Of a stretch of 64,000 nucleotides of DNA, positions 28,612 through 38,200 are shown in pieces. The notes beneath the pieces were generated by a model, which did no database searches, had not been told where the DNA came from, and saw only the letters and a list, made by a program, of their open reading frames with translations. Position numbers and translations under genes: made by a program. The stretch comes from Candidatus Woesearchaeota archaeon (lineage in GTDB: Archaea > Nanobdellota > Nanobdellia > CAZCWL01 > CAZQAZ01): assembly GCA_964591855.1 (NCBI GenBank), contig CAZQAZ010000002.1, forward strand, positions 36,851 through 100,850, written 5' to 3'. Positions within the stretch are counted from its first letter, which is position 1. Each line of letters starts with the position of its first letter.

Positions 28612-29202
28612 ATGGAAAAGCTATTGGTTCCATTGGATGTGTACCTTAAATCTGGGATTCACATAGGATCTAGATTTAGAACAAAGTACATGCTACCTTT
28701 TGTTTATAAGATAAGAGCAGATGGTCTTTCTATTATCAATGTTCAGGACGTGGACAAGAGAATAAAGCTGGCTATAAATTTCATATCAAGGTATAAACCT
28801 GAAGAGATATTGGTTGTTTGTAGACGAAGAAAGGGTAGAAAGGCAGCAGAACTCTTTTCAAAGCTGATAGGATGTAAGAGTTATATCGGGAGATACCTTC
28901 CAGGTTCCATGACGAACATACACTACGAAAAGTATATGGAACCTAAGCTTGTTATTACAGTTGATCCATGGCAAGATAGAAATGCTATAAAGGATGCAAA
29001 GAAAGTTGGTGCTGTGGTTCTATCTCTTGCTGATACGAACAATGTATATTCAAATGTAGATCTTGTCATACCTGGAAACAACAAGAGCAAGAAGAGTATA
29101 GGTTTGGTGTTTTATTTACTTGCTAAGGGCTATCTTGAGAAGACTAAGCAATTAACACCTGAGTTAGAAAAAGAACTTAAGTTAGAGGATTTCCAAGAGT
29201 AA
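28612..29202 (+). CDS. rps2: 30S ribosomal protein S2
   Basis: LLVPLDVYLKSGIHIGSRFRTKYM S2 N-terminal signature. Confidence 0.9.
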   Translation: MEKLLVPLDVYLKSGIHIGSRFRTKYMLPFVYKIRADGLSIINVQDVDKRIKLAINFISRYKPEEILVVCRRRKGRKAAELFSKLIGCKSYIGRYLPGSMTNIHYEKYMEPKLVITVDPWQDRNAIKDAKKVGAVVLSLADTNNVYSNVDLVIPGNNKSKKSIGLVFYLLAKGYLEKTKQLTPELEKELKLEDFQE

Positions 29203-30048
29203 ATGATTATGAGGAAGCCTGTTGCCGCTGGGACCTTTTACCCTTCAGATGAGAAGGAACTCTTAGAAGAGATAACTTACAGTTTTACATCTAAGTTTGG
29301 GTTTGGTAGTTTAGACTCGTATGGCAAAGCTGTTGGAGCCATAGTTCCACATGCAGGTTATGTGTATTCGGGACCATGTGCATCACATGCCTATTCCTCC
29401 CTTAAGAAAGATATTAACACAGTAGTTATCTTTGGAACCAATCACACAGGGCTTGGGGAGAGCATTGCGCTATCCGATGAGGTGTGGATGACACCCTTAG
29501 GAAAGGTCAAGCCGGACACTTTGTTCATAGAAGGGCTTAAGAAAGAAGGATTTAAGGTTGACAACACAGCCCACAAGTTTGAGCATTCAATAGAGGTGCA
29601 ATTACCTTTCCTTCAGTTTAAGTACAAGAACTTTTTGATTGTACCTATCTGTGTTTCACACAGAGCAAGCTTAGATGAAGTAAAGAAGCTTGCTAAAGCT
29701 GTGATAAAGCTTAGCAATTCAAGAACTATTTACTTAGCGTCTTCGGACTTCACACATTATGGTTATAATTATGGCTTTCTTCCTTTTGTAGGAAGCAGAG
29801 AAGAAGTTAGAACACAACTTTACAACCTTGATAAGAGAGCAATATTTGCTATAGAGAATCTTGACACAAAAACATTTCTTAACATCGCAAACCAAACAAC
29901 CATATGTGGTACAAATGCTATAGTAACCATGATAGAATTGGCCAAAATCAAAAAGCTAAAGCCAAGACTATTGCAATATTACACATCTGGGGATCTGCTT
30001 GGTGATTATTCTAATGCGGTTGGTTATGCGGCCATAGTTTTTGAGTAG
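29203..30048 (+). CDS. MEMO1-family protein (AmmeMemoRadiSam system protein B-like)
   Basis: RKPVAAGTFYP...AIVPHAGYVYSG MEMO1 motifs. Confidence 0.8.
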   Translation: MIMRKPVAAGTFYPSDEKELLEEITYSFTSKFGFGSLDSYGKAVGAIVPHAGYVYSGPCASHAYSSLKKDINTVVIFGTNHTGLGESIALSDEVWMTPLGKVKPDTLFIEGLKKEGFKVDNTAHKFEHSIEVQLPFLQFKYKNFLIVPICVSHRASLDEVKKLAKAVIKLSNSRTIYLASSDFTHYGYNYGFLPFVGSREEVRTQLYNLDKRAIFAIENLDTKTFLNIANQTTICGTNAIVTMIELAKIKKLKPRLLQYYTSGDLLGDYSNAVGYAAIVFE

Positions 30049-30056
30049 GTGAGTGT

Positions 30057-30302
30057 ATGGAGACAATTATATGTAACACAAAGCTTAAACAGCTTAGAGG
30101 TCTTATGTTTAGATTCAAAAAAGTTAGAGCTGTCTTCCCGGCAATACCTGTCCACACTTGGTTTGTCTTCTACCCAATAAAGTTAAAGTGGCTAGACAAA
30201 AACAAGAATTTAATCAAGGAAGAAATAGCAAAACCCTTCTCACTTAGGGTCTTCCACCCCCCAAAGAACGCATCCCATCTAATCGAGGAACCTCCTAATT
30301 AA
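30057..30302 (+). CDS. DUF192/COG1430-like small protein
   Basis: LRGLMFR and WFVFYPIKLKWLD motifs resemble DUF192. The match is weak. Confidence 0.4.
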   Translation: METIICNTKLKQLRGLMFRFKKVRAVFPAIPVHTWFVFYPIKLKWLDKNKNLIKEEIAKPFSLRVFHPPKNASHLIEEPPN

Positions 30303-30664
30303 CTGCAGGTAGATGCTGAGCAGTTTAGTCGACAAGATATTCCCGAAGGGTCCGTTAGTCTACATATTGTTAACTCTTTACATGTCATAGATTTACCACC
30401 GACAGTTACGGGCTCTGTACAGAAACTTATACCTACAGGTATACAATCACATTCCCCATCTTCATCATCATCTACTAATGATGTTATTAGCTCTTGGTCT
30501 TTGGCGCATACATTCTTACAGTGTGCTATTGCTTGAGCTGAAGATATACCTGCACCACCACCTTTTTGTGCGGATGTGAAGAATAGAAGTATAGCAGCAA
30601 GAGTAATAACTGCTAACGCCAAGACAATTATAAACTCAATTGGAATGGATACCCCTTTTTTCAA
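30299..30664 (-). CDS. Class III signal peptide (type IV pilin-like) cysteine-rich protein, paralog 1
   Basis: Pilin-like N-terminus KKG/VSIPIEFIIVLALAVITLAAILLFF followed by HCKNVCAKDQE...CKELTICRLTDPSGISC. The track ORF extends to 30742 (TTG) and overlaps the upstream gene, so start is placed at the in-frame TTG giving MKKGV. Confidence 0.6.
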   Translation of the reverse strand: MKKGVSIPIEFIIVLALAVITLAAILLFFTSAQKGGGAGISSAQAIAHCKNVCAKDQELITSLVDDDEDGECDCIPVGISFCTEPVTVGGKSMTCKELTICRLTDPSGISCRLNCSASTCS

Positions 30665-30705
30665 GTTACCACCTAAGTCTAAGAGACATTTGTTCTTTTT
30701 AAGCT

Positions 30706-31107
30706 TTAAGTTTGGCCAGACTGTCCACAAGAGGCCACACAAGTTCCTCCAAAGTTGTCTACTAGTTTACATGTTGTAATTTCATAGCATGGCGTCTTTT
30801 TGCCTTCAATGTAATAATGTCCATTACAGAACTTTGATGCAAGATTACCATACTCCTTACTACTATCTATACATCCTTCGTATCTAAGCTCCCCAGAATC
30901 TAATCTTTCGGTAAGATTTATCCCAGCAGGTAGAGCAGATCTGTCTTGCATACATAAGTTCAAACAAAAGGAAGTAGCCTTAATTGAAGAAGTTCCACTT
31001 TCTCCTTTAGCAGATTTTGAGATAAGCATAACGGCTGCTGCTAAGACCATTAGACCTATCCCAACTGCTACTAGAAAATTCATCATAGCACTTCCTTTCT
31101 TTGGCAT
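30706..31107 (-). CDS. Class III signal peptide (type IV pilin-like) cysteine-rich protein, paralog 2
   Basis: MPKKG/SAMMNFLVAVGIGLMVLAAAV followed by FCLNLCMQDRS...CYEITTCKLVDNFGGTC. Confidence 0.7.
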   Translation of the reverse strand: MPKKGSAMMNFLVAVGIGLMVLAAAVMLISKSAKGESGTSSIKATSFCLNLCMQDRSALPAGINLTERLDSGELRYEGCIDSSKEYGNLASKFCNGHYYIEGKKTPCYEITTCKLVDNFGGTCVASCGQSGQT

Positions 31108-31145
31108 AATTATCTAAAGAATGCTGAGTATATAAACTTTACAAT

Positions 31146-31706
31146 CTAACAGTTCACCCATGAGGCTAAGCAGCCCTCTTTTGGCAATTTACAGCATGCG
31201 CCAATGTTTAAGCATTTTTGTTTGTTAAGGATAGTGCTGTGGTAGTCTGGTCCTATGTAATTCAATTTACATAGTCTCTCCATTTTTCTTGTACCAACTT
31301 CACATGTATCACCTATACAACTAGGTATTCCACCATCTAATACACATGCAATTTCACATGCTTTTTTCATATCAACAGTTAGATTCGTAATCTCACAAGT
31401 CTCACCAAATGAATCCTTGATTACACAGCTTGTTAGGTCAAAGCATGTTACAGTTTCTCCACCTATTCTAAACTTAAGTTTCGCGAACTCTGATTCTTGA
31501 GACGTAACGCATACACCTTCTATGCTAACACTATCTAACCTCGAGTCGTTAAGACATGCAGCTTCACACATCTTTATAGCAGTGGTCCTTGAGACAGTTC
31601 CTATCCCAAGCAGTCCTACATTCCTAAGCATGATAAGAGCGACCAATATAACAGCTACTATTATAACAATTGTTATAAGCATGGTGAATTGTATTCCTCT
31701 TTTCAT
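31146..31706 (-). CDS. Class III signal peptide (type IV pilin-like) cysteine-rich protein, paralog 3 (two Cys modules)
   Basis: MKRG/IQFTMLITIVIIVAV. Module A is KMCEAACLNDS...TCFDLTSCVIKDSFGETC. Module B is KACEIACVLDGG...CCKLPKEGCLASWVNC. The track start 31715 (MVFM) lies 9 nt upstream. Confidence 0.7.
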   Translation of the reverse strand: MKRGIQFTMLITIVIIVAVILVALIMLRNVGLLGIGTVSRTTAIKMCEAACLNDSRLDSVSIEGVCVTSQESEFAKLKFRIGGETVTCFDLTSCVIKDSFGETCEITNLTVDMKKACEIACVLDGGIPSCIGDTCEVGTRKMERLCKLNYIGPDYHSTILNKQKCLNIGACCKLPKEGCLASWVNC

Positions 31707-32230
31707 GAACACCAACTCTTACTAAAGTATTTCCCATCTCTTATACACTTCTTCCCACCAACCGTCTCGCAGTCTGTTTTCAAAACAGTCCAAAGCTCAC
31801 ATAGCTTTGGGAACCTATCAGGTTCTTGGTCTGAGAGAAGACCATAACTTCCACCGTCTATCTCGCACGCCTTCTGACATGTTTTAATCTTGCTGAATGT
31901 AATGGGAGATACAGCACAGATGCCATACTCTGTTGACATCCTACACTCTGTTAAGTTGTAACAATTAACTTTTCCCATACCTTCCACATTTAGGTATGTG
32001 TGAATAAAAGAATAGTCATCACTATATGCACATGAGCCTTCTAGGTTAACGGCTCCATGTATAGAGTCCTCTGAACATAGATCATCGCATTTTGATATCG
32101 CACTAAGTTGTGTTATTGTTGCTGCACTTGGCTTCGTAAGGGATCCAGATAAATAAAGACCAACGAGAAGAACCATAACCCCCACGGCGACTGCTAGCAA
32201 AAAGCTAAATCCTGCTTGCAAAGCTTTCAT
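31703..32230 (-). CDS. Class III signal peptide (type IV pilin-like) cysteine-rich protein, paralog 4
   Basis: MKALQAG/FSFLLAVAVGVMVLLV followed by KCDDLCSEDS...NCYNLTECRMSTEYGIC...CQKACEIDGG. Confidence 0.7.
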   Translation of the reverse strand: MKALQAGFSFLLAVAVGVMVLLVGLYLSGSLTKPSAATITQLSAISKCDDLCSEDSIHGAVNLEGSCAYSDDYSFIHTYLNVEGMGKVNCYNLTECRMSTEYGICAVSPITFSKIKTCQKACEIDGGSYGLLSDQEPDRFPKLCELWTVLKTDCETVGGKKCIRDGKYFSKSWCS

Positions 32231-32257
32231 ATCAAATCTAAGGCTTTTGCAGTTTAA

Positions 32258-33913
32258 TTAGTTTTTCCTTACAACAACTGCTACTCCACTATCAAAGTCC
32301 ATTATCTCCTTTGGACTAAGTAAAGCATCTCCATTACCAATGTACTCTCCTTTCTCGTCTACTATTGCAACTTGATCCCCAGCTAGGAAGCTGCCTACGT
32401 CCTTAACAAACTTACAAAATACACTCTTCCCTTTCTTAACAAAGGGTACAGCCTCCTCATCTATTTTAACGTAGTAATCTTTGGCCAACTTGAATATGTC
32501 CCTCATACCTTCGTCCCCGAATACTATCCTTCCATCACCAGGTCTTATGGTTGCGTACACTCCCCCTTTCTTTAAGATTCTCCTTATCCTTCCAGTCTTT
32601 CTGCTCTTTTCAATCACGGCTCCTTTCAAGACTTTCTTACCTATGCCTTTCCCAAATTGAAAGTCCACAAGCTTTTCGATTCTTTTCATGTCGCTGAATT
32701 CTTTCTTGGAGAATTTGAATACATTTTCTCCTCCAAGCATGTTGAATGGAAACACTTCTTTGAAAGAAGGATTCACTTTAGAACCTACTCTCTCTTTGTA
32801 AAGTCTCAAGGCAACCTTAACATCAGGTCTTAGCTTTGTTTCCATTCCCAAGAAATGAGGTGCCTTTTTCTTCTTTAAACTTACAAACTCCTCCATGAAC
32901 TTACCATACTTTTTAAGTAAATGAATGTATGCAGAGTAAATGTCTGCATGGAGCCTTGCCCTATTTACTAGAAACTCAAAGAATCTCCCACCTTTTATAG
33001 CAACCCTTATCTTCCTTATCTCATCCAATGTAACATTCAGATTGTGTCTTGCAATTAATTCTTCTGTCATCTCAGATGGTGATCTTCCTTTACAGACATC
33101 GCATGTACATGGCAATTCATGCATTTCCTTAAGCTCATTAATGTCTATAATCTTTTCAATAGTCATGTATGCGCCCCTGCTTGCATACAAAGCATATGCA
33201 GCTGAATCAAATATGTCAACACCCATTGCTACAAGAAGAGCGAATATCTGTGGATTGCCTGCACCAAAAGCATGAATTGGTATGTTCTGTGGCAAGCTCA
33301 TTTTGCAAGTCATTATTATGTCTACAAGGTCTTTGAAGTTGTAGTTTTCCATAAGGGGAACTATCCCACCTATTGCTGCTATGTCCCCATATACCTTAGA
33401 ACAAGCTTTCTTTCTTAGGTCTAAGAACTTGCCTCCTTGAATAGGCTGACACAGTAACCTATCTTCTTTCATTTCCTTAGCAGCTTCTATCCTTTTAAAG
33501 GTCTCTTCCAACTTTCTTTTGGCTGTAGTGTAATCATCGTCAGGGAATGTGAATACGTCTAAAGGAGTTATTATATCAGATCTTATCTTCTTTTGAAATT
33601 CAAGGGTTTCTTCATTTGTTATGCGTGCATCTCCAATAGAATACATTTGGAATGTTCCAGAATCCGTATATATTGGCTTATTCCACCTGAAGAACTTATG
33701 TAGTCCTTTCTTTTCTATCTCTTTTCTTGATTTGGAGCTCTTGATGATGTAAGAGTTAGTGATTATCAAGTCAAAGTCCTTCAAGTCTTTGATTGGGACT
33801 GTCATCTTGTTGGGGTTTACAACTACGGCAATAGTAGGTGTAGTTATCTTTTTGCCTCTTATGTTCAGCTCTCCAACTCTTGCTAATCCATCCTTAGCTT
33901 TAATCTGAAACAT
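32258..33913 (-). CDS. tgtA: Archaeosine tRNA-guanine transglycosylase (ArcTGT) with C-terminal PUA domain
   Basis: Catalytic YTDSGTFQ and PLDVF motifs. Zinc site CTCDVCKG. C-terminal PUA domain (AIVDEKGEYIGNG). Confidence 0.85.
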   Translation of the reverse strand: MFQIKAKDGLARVGELNIRGKKITTPTIAVVVNPNKMTVPIKDLKDFDLIITNSYIIKSSKSRKEIEKKGLHKFFRWNKPIYTDSGTFQMYSIGDARITNEETLEFQKKIRSDIITPLDVFTFPDDDYTTAKRKLEETFKRIEAAKEMKEDRLLCQPIQGGKFLDLRKKACSKVYGDIAAIGGIVPLMENYNFKDLVDIIMTCKMSLPQNIPIHAFGAGNPQIFALLVAMGVDIFDSAAYALYASRGAYMTIEKIIDINELKEMHELPCTCDVCKGRSPSEMTEELIARHNLNVTLDEIRKIRVAIKGGRFFEFLVNRARLHADIYSAYIHLLKKYGKFMEEFVSLKKKKAPHFLGMETKLRPDVKVALRLYKERVGSKVNPSFKEVFPFNMLGGENVFKFSKKEFSDMKRIEKLVDFQFGKGIGKKVLKGAVIEKSRKTGRIRRILKKGGVYATIRPGDGRIVFGDEGMRDIFKLAKDYYVKIDEEAVPFVKKGKSVFCKFVKDVGSFLAGDQVAIVDEKGEYIGNGDALLSPKEIMDFDSGVAVVVRKN

Positions 33914-33934
33914 AAAAATAAAGATTATACATAG

Positions 33935-33944
33935 TTTTATAAAT
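33935..33944. promoter_or_regulatory. Near-palindromic TATA box (TTTTATAAAT) shared by divergent tgtA and the radical-SAM gene
   Basis: Centred at about 33939.5, which is the midpoint between the two divergent start codons (33913 and 33965), 22-31 nt from each. Confidence 0.5.
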
Positions 33945-33964
33945 GCTTCTAGTGTAGTGCTTTT

Positions 33965-35251
33965 ATGGCAACGATAATACTCTCTTCAGGTAAGTGTAGA
34001 TGGGGAAAGTGTGTATTCTGTGGATGGGGTAAGTTAGTTGCAGATAGGGATGAGAATAGAGTTAAGCGTGACTTCCTTAGGAAGCTTTCTAACATTAAAG
34101 GCGAAGATACACTCTCCATATTTGCTTCTGGATCTTTTTTGGACGATTTACAATTCTCCCCAGAACTGAGAAAGTGGATTGTAGAGAAATTAAAGGAGAA
34201 AGGCTTTAAGAACCTAACTATAGAATCTAGGCCTGAGTTCATAACCAAAGAGAAACTTGAAGAGTTTAAGGGATTAAACCTCACAGTTGCTATTGGGTTA
34301 GAAGTTGCAGATGATGAGGTTCTTAAGAAGTTAAAGAAAGGGATAACCCTAAAAGACTTTGAGAGAGCAGCAAAAATAATACACGATTCTGGAGCCAAGC
34401 TTAGGGTTTACTTGCTTGTAAATCCCCCATTTGTGGATGATCCAAAAGAGTCTTTTAGGAAATCTGTTGAGTACGCTAAAAAGTTTGCGGATTCAATAGT
34501 CGCTATAAATTGCTATCCTCACTCTAAGTCAGAGTTGTTTGACATGTGGGTAAGGGGTGAGTGGAGACCTTTAGACGAGGAGGAGTTTAAAGAAGTGACG
34601 AAGGGTTATGATGTGGAGCTAGACTTCAGCAATTATAATTTCATCCCGAAGTTTCCTAAAGATAAACAAGAGAGGATAGTAGGTGTCTCTAAGGATACTT
34701 TACTTCACCCATATTATGAAGTTTGGCAGGATTATTTTCAGAGATTTTACAAGGTTCCAAAGGGTAAGAGATTTGCCCTTTTCTTACCATGTTCTTACAT
34801 TAAGCCTTACAGAAGATCCCCCACACACAGAGCTATCCTGAGAAAGCTACTAAAGCTTCCAACATACAAACAAATACATCAGATTATGATCTCATCACCT
34901 GGAGTTATACCAAGGGAGTTTGAGAACTACTATCCATTTAACTCATATGAGTGGAACGAGAAAGACGAGACAGAAGAGATAAAGAAACTTTACATAGACG
35001 TTAATAAAGAAAGGATTAAGAAGTATTTGCGAAGGCACAAATATGAGAAAGTATTCTCATATTTGAAGCCAGACTCAGAATCTTATAAGGCTCTTAAAGA
35101 AGCATGTGATGAGCTTGGGATAAACCTAATAAATCTTGTGGACGAGGAGAAGTACTTAGAACTTAAAGATAGAATCAAGGCAAGAATTTTAACACATGAA
35201 AGTTTGTTGGAATCGATGTGTAATAAGCTCTTGGAAGAAACGAAGAGTTAA
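33965..35251 (+). CDS. Elp3-like radical SAM protein (CX4CX2C), candidate archaeosine-pathway RaSEA-like enzyme
   Basis: N-terminal SSGKCRWGKCVFCGWGK parallels the Elp3 CPHGKCVMC motif. Divergently adjacent to tgtA. Pathway assignment is inference. Confidence 0.5.
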   Translation: MATIILSSGKCRWGKCVFCGWGKLVADRDENRVKRDFLRKLSNIKGEDTLSIFASGSFLDDLQFSPELRKWIVEKLKEKGFKNLTIESRPEFITKEKLEEFKGLNLTVAIGLEVADDEVLKKLKKGITLKDFERAAKIIHDSGAKLRVYLLVNPPFVDDPKESFRKSVEYAKKFADSIVAINCYPHSKSELFDMWVRGEWRPLDEEEFKEVTKGYDVELDFSNYNFIPKFPKDKQERIVGVSKDTLLHPYYEVWQDYFQRFYKVPKGKRFALFLPCSYIKPYRRSPTHRAILRKLLKLPTYKQIHQIMISSPGVIPREFENYYPFNSYEWNEKDETEEIKKLYIDVNKERIKKYLRRHKYEKVFSYLKPDSESYKALKEACDELGINLINLVDEEKYLELKDRIKARILTHESLLESMCNKLLEETKS

Positions 35252-35259
35252 AATGAAAG

Positions 35260-38200
35260 TTAACACTGTAGCCATGAAGCTATGCAGTTGTATTCTGGGA
35301 GCTTACAGCAGTAGCCGCTTGCCTTACACTTCTCTAGGTTGTCTTGATTTGTTTGGAAGGTTGGCCCTATCTTGTTAAGCTCACAAACTGTAGGGGTTGG
35401 ACTTTCACCCTCTTCGAAGTTCCACACGTCACTTCCACAGCTATTCAAGCTCCCACAAGTGACAGGCTCTCCACCATCTTTCAAACAAGCCTCCACACAA
35501 GCTTTTCCAAAATCCGTTGAATCCCTGCTTATGTAACAATCACCCAAACTGCAGGTTAGCACTTGATCACAATATACAGTTGTTCCTTCGACATTGAAAC
35601 TTAAGCTTGCAAAGTCTGAACTATTAAAGTAACACACCCCATTGATGTTAACAAACTCTTTGTTTGTGTCATTCATACAAGCTTCCTCACACATCCTCTG
35701 AATCTCAGGATGTGTGGATATTATCTTCTCCACATTTGTATGTTTGATTAATGTGTTACAATCGTACACGTTATTGGATCCAAGATCGTTAGGGAGTATA
35801 TCACCTTTTGTATCCAGTAGACACACATTTCCTTCCATCTTGTTATTGTTGAAAGTCACAGGAGTATCAAACACAAACCCATATACATTGTTCACGAAGT
35901 TGTTACTGTCAAACACACCACTGCATTCGCTACATAGCACACCATAGTAATTAGAGTAGAATGTATTACCTACCACGTTTACATTTCCACCTATAGCACT
36001 TATGCCAGAGTCTGAGTTCGAGAATGAAGATGATTTGATATTTCCAACACCAGAGACTCTGACATAATTTAACCCAGTTATATCGGAGTCTTCGATTGTT
36101 ATATTACCATAAGATTCAATCTTAAAGTCCTTATCTGCATAATGGATTTTAACCCCCTTCAGCGTGAGGTTTCCATAGTTCACCAAACTACATGGAGATG
36201 TACAGTTGATGTACAAGTTAACATTCTCTAAAGTAAGATTTCCATGCACAGTTGTATTCTTAAGGAGCACAACACCTAAGTTCTTAACATTACAGTTGTC
36301 GGATTTCTCAACTATCCAATCTTTGTACGTTGAAGGATAGCACCTATTCTCTTCGAGAACAGCAATAATCTTTTTTGGAGAATCAAATCTAACTTTAAGT
36401 GTGGTGTAGTTATAATGTCTCCAGTAATTTAAGACCTGAGCACCTGTTACGTTGACTGTGTAATCTCCCACATCAATTAAGTTAAAGTCCTTGTCGAGAT
36501 AATACGCCTGTCCACACCATGTTTTAACTGGCGAAGAAATGTATCCTGCATCACATTCTAAAATCCTTGTGGTTGGATAGGGTCTTATCTTATTTCCATT
36601 TGTGTCTTTAATTTCTATCTCTATTATGCTTGTTGATGCAATTAAACCTTTAGTATTGCTATCAGGCAAGAGTGTGTTTTTCGAACTCAAGCTATTAAAG
36701 AAAGCTTCGATATCACTCCCAGATATGTCTGAGTTGACGAGCATTATTAAGAATGAACCTCCTTTTAAAGTGTTCCCTTCTATGTCAACATTGTTTTCCG
36801 AAGTAAGTCTTATAGGATTGTTATAGTACTTGTAGTCCTTTACGGTTACAGAGTTGTGTTTAATGGAACCTGAGGAGTTGGATACAGAGATCCATCCAAC
36901 ATTCATATCATTTGATGTTAAGTTTATTGTAGAGTTTGTTATTGCTAAACCAATTGATTGATCTACATCATTGTTGCTAAACTCCACCGTTGAGTTGTAA
37001 GAGTAGAGAGGATAGACTACACCAACTATGTTGCTCTCATTAATCTTAGCTTTTGAGTTAAGCACATAAAATCCATAGTATGTTTTGTAACTTCTACCGC
37101 CAGAGAATGTGAAGTTGGTGTTTGATATGTTCACACCCTTTTCATCGGATATGTAAACACCGCCATACATTCTCTTATATGGACCCGACATGAATCTATT
37201 CTTATAGAATGTGACATTCTTGTTATTTATGAGGTAGACCTCAAATATGTAACTTGATGTATTTGTGTGGAAGGTGTTATTTGTTATGTTGATGTATGAG
37301 TTTGTTGAATAGATCCCCCTCGCTCCGAAAAATGTGGAGTTGGAGACAGTTATGTTAGAGCCTCTTGCGAAGAGTCCATAATAACTCTTGTCCACCACAT
37401 TTTTAAGTGTCAAGTTAGACTCAACCGAAACAACACTTACTCCCTTGTTGTTGAAGAAAGCGTCCTTAATTTCCCCACTTGAGTTGAAGTAGTAAAGAAG
37501 CTTATTGACCTTACCAAAATCTCCAAATGATCCATAAAAGTCTTGCTTGGTGTTGAGATTGTATAGAAGTATCTTAACATTGTCTGCTTTGTTACCCCTT
37601 CCATATACTTTGTTGGTGTTGTGGATTCCTAACTTATAGTCGTATGAGAACGAGTTACCGAAGAATAATGCTTCTCCGTAATTGTAGACGAAGGAATATG
37701 CATGATCCCATGTGTTACTAATAAACCTTGTCCCTACAGCATAGTTTTTAACAGGGATGTATGCGTTTGTGAATACATTCTTTAATAGAACAGTGGGCTC
37801 CACTATGTTTAAAGCCCTCCTTCCAAAGAAAGTGTTTCCAACGAGTTTAATCTTCTCGCCCACATCAAAGTCTTTGTCTAGTTCTATGTTATTCCCTTTT
37901 AGAACGATATGATTACTAAGTGACAGTTGGCTGGTTTTGATACTGTTTCCTCTTATCACAGCCTTACTTGTTCTCACATCTAACTCTGAGTTGTGAAGTA
38001 TTGATTTTTGGATGTTCAATGAGGATCCTTCTAAAGCAGTTATGTATGCCTTACTAACAAACGAGCTGGCTATTAGTATTTGACCACCCTGGTTAGCTTG
38101 TATGGTCTTTGAGTTTCCATTAAGGTAAGAGTTTATTAAAACAAGCGCTCCACCGTCCTTCACCACAATAGGATACTTTAAGTCTATGTCTTTACCATAA

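Noticed and set aside
30665-30742. Long N-terminal extension of pilin-like paralog 1 as given in the ORF track (MCGLLWTVW...)
   Set aside because: The extension starts with TTG and contains no ATG/GTG. It overlaps the upstream paralog by 37 nt, and it would bury the class III signal 27 residues into the protein. The in-frame TTG giving MKKGVSIP fits the family pattern. The start remains uncertain.
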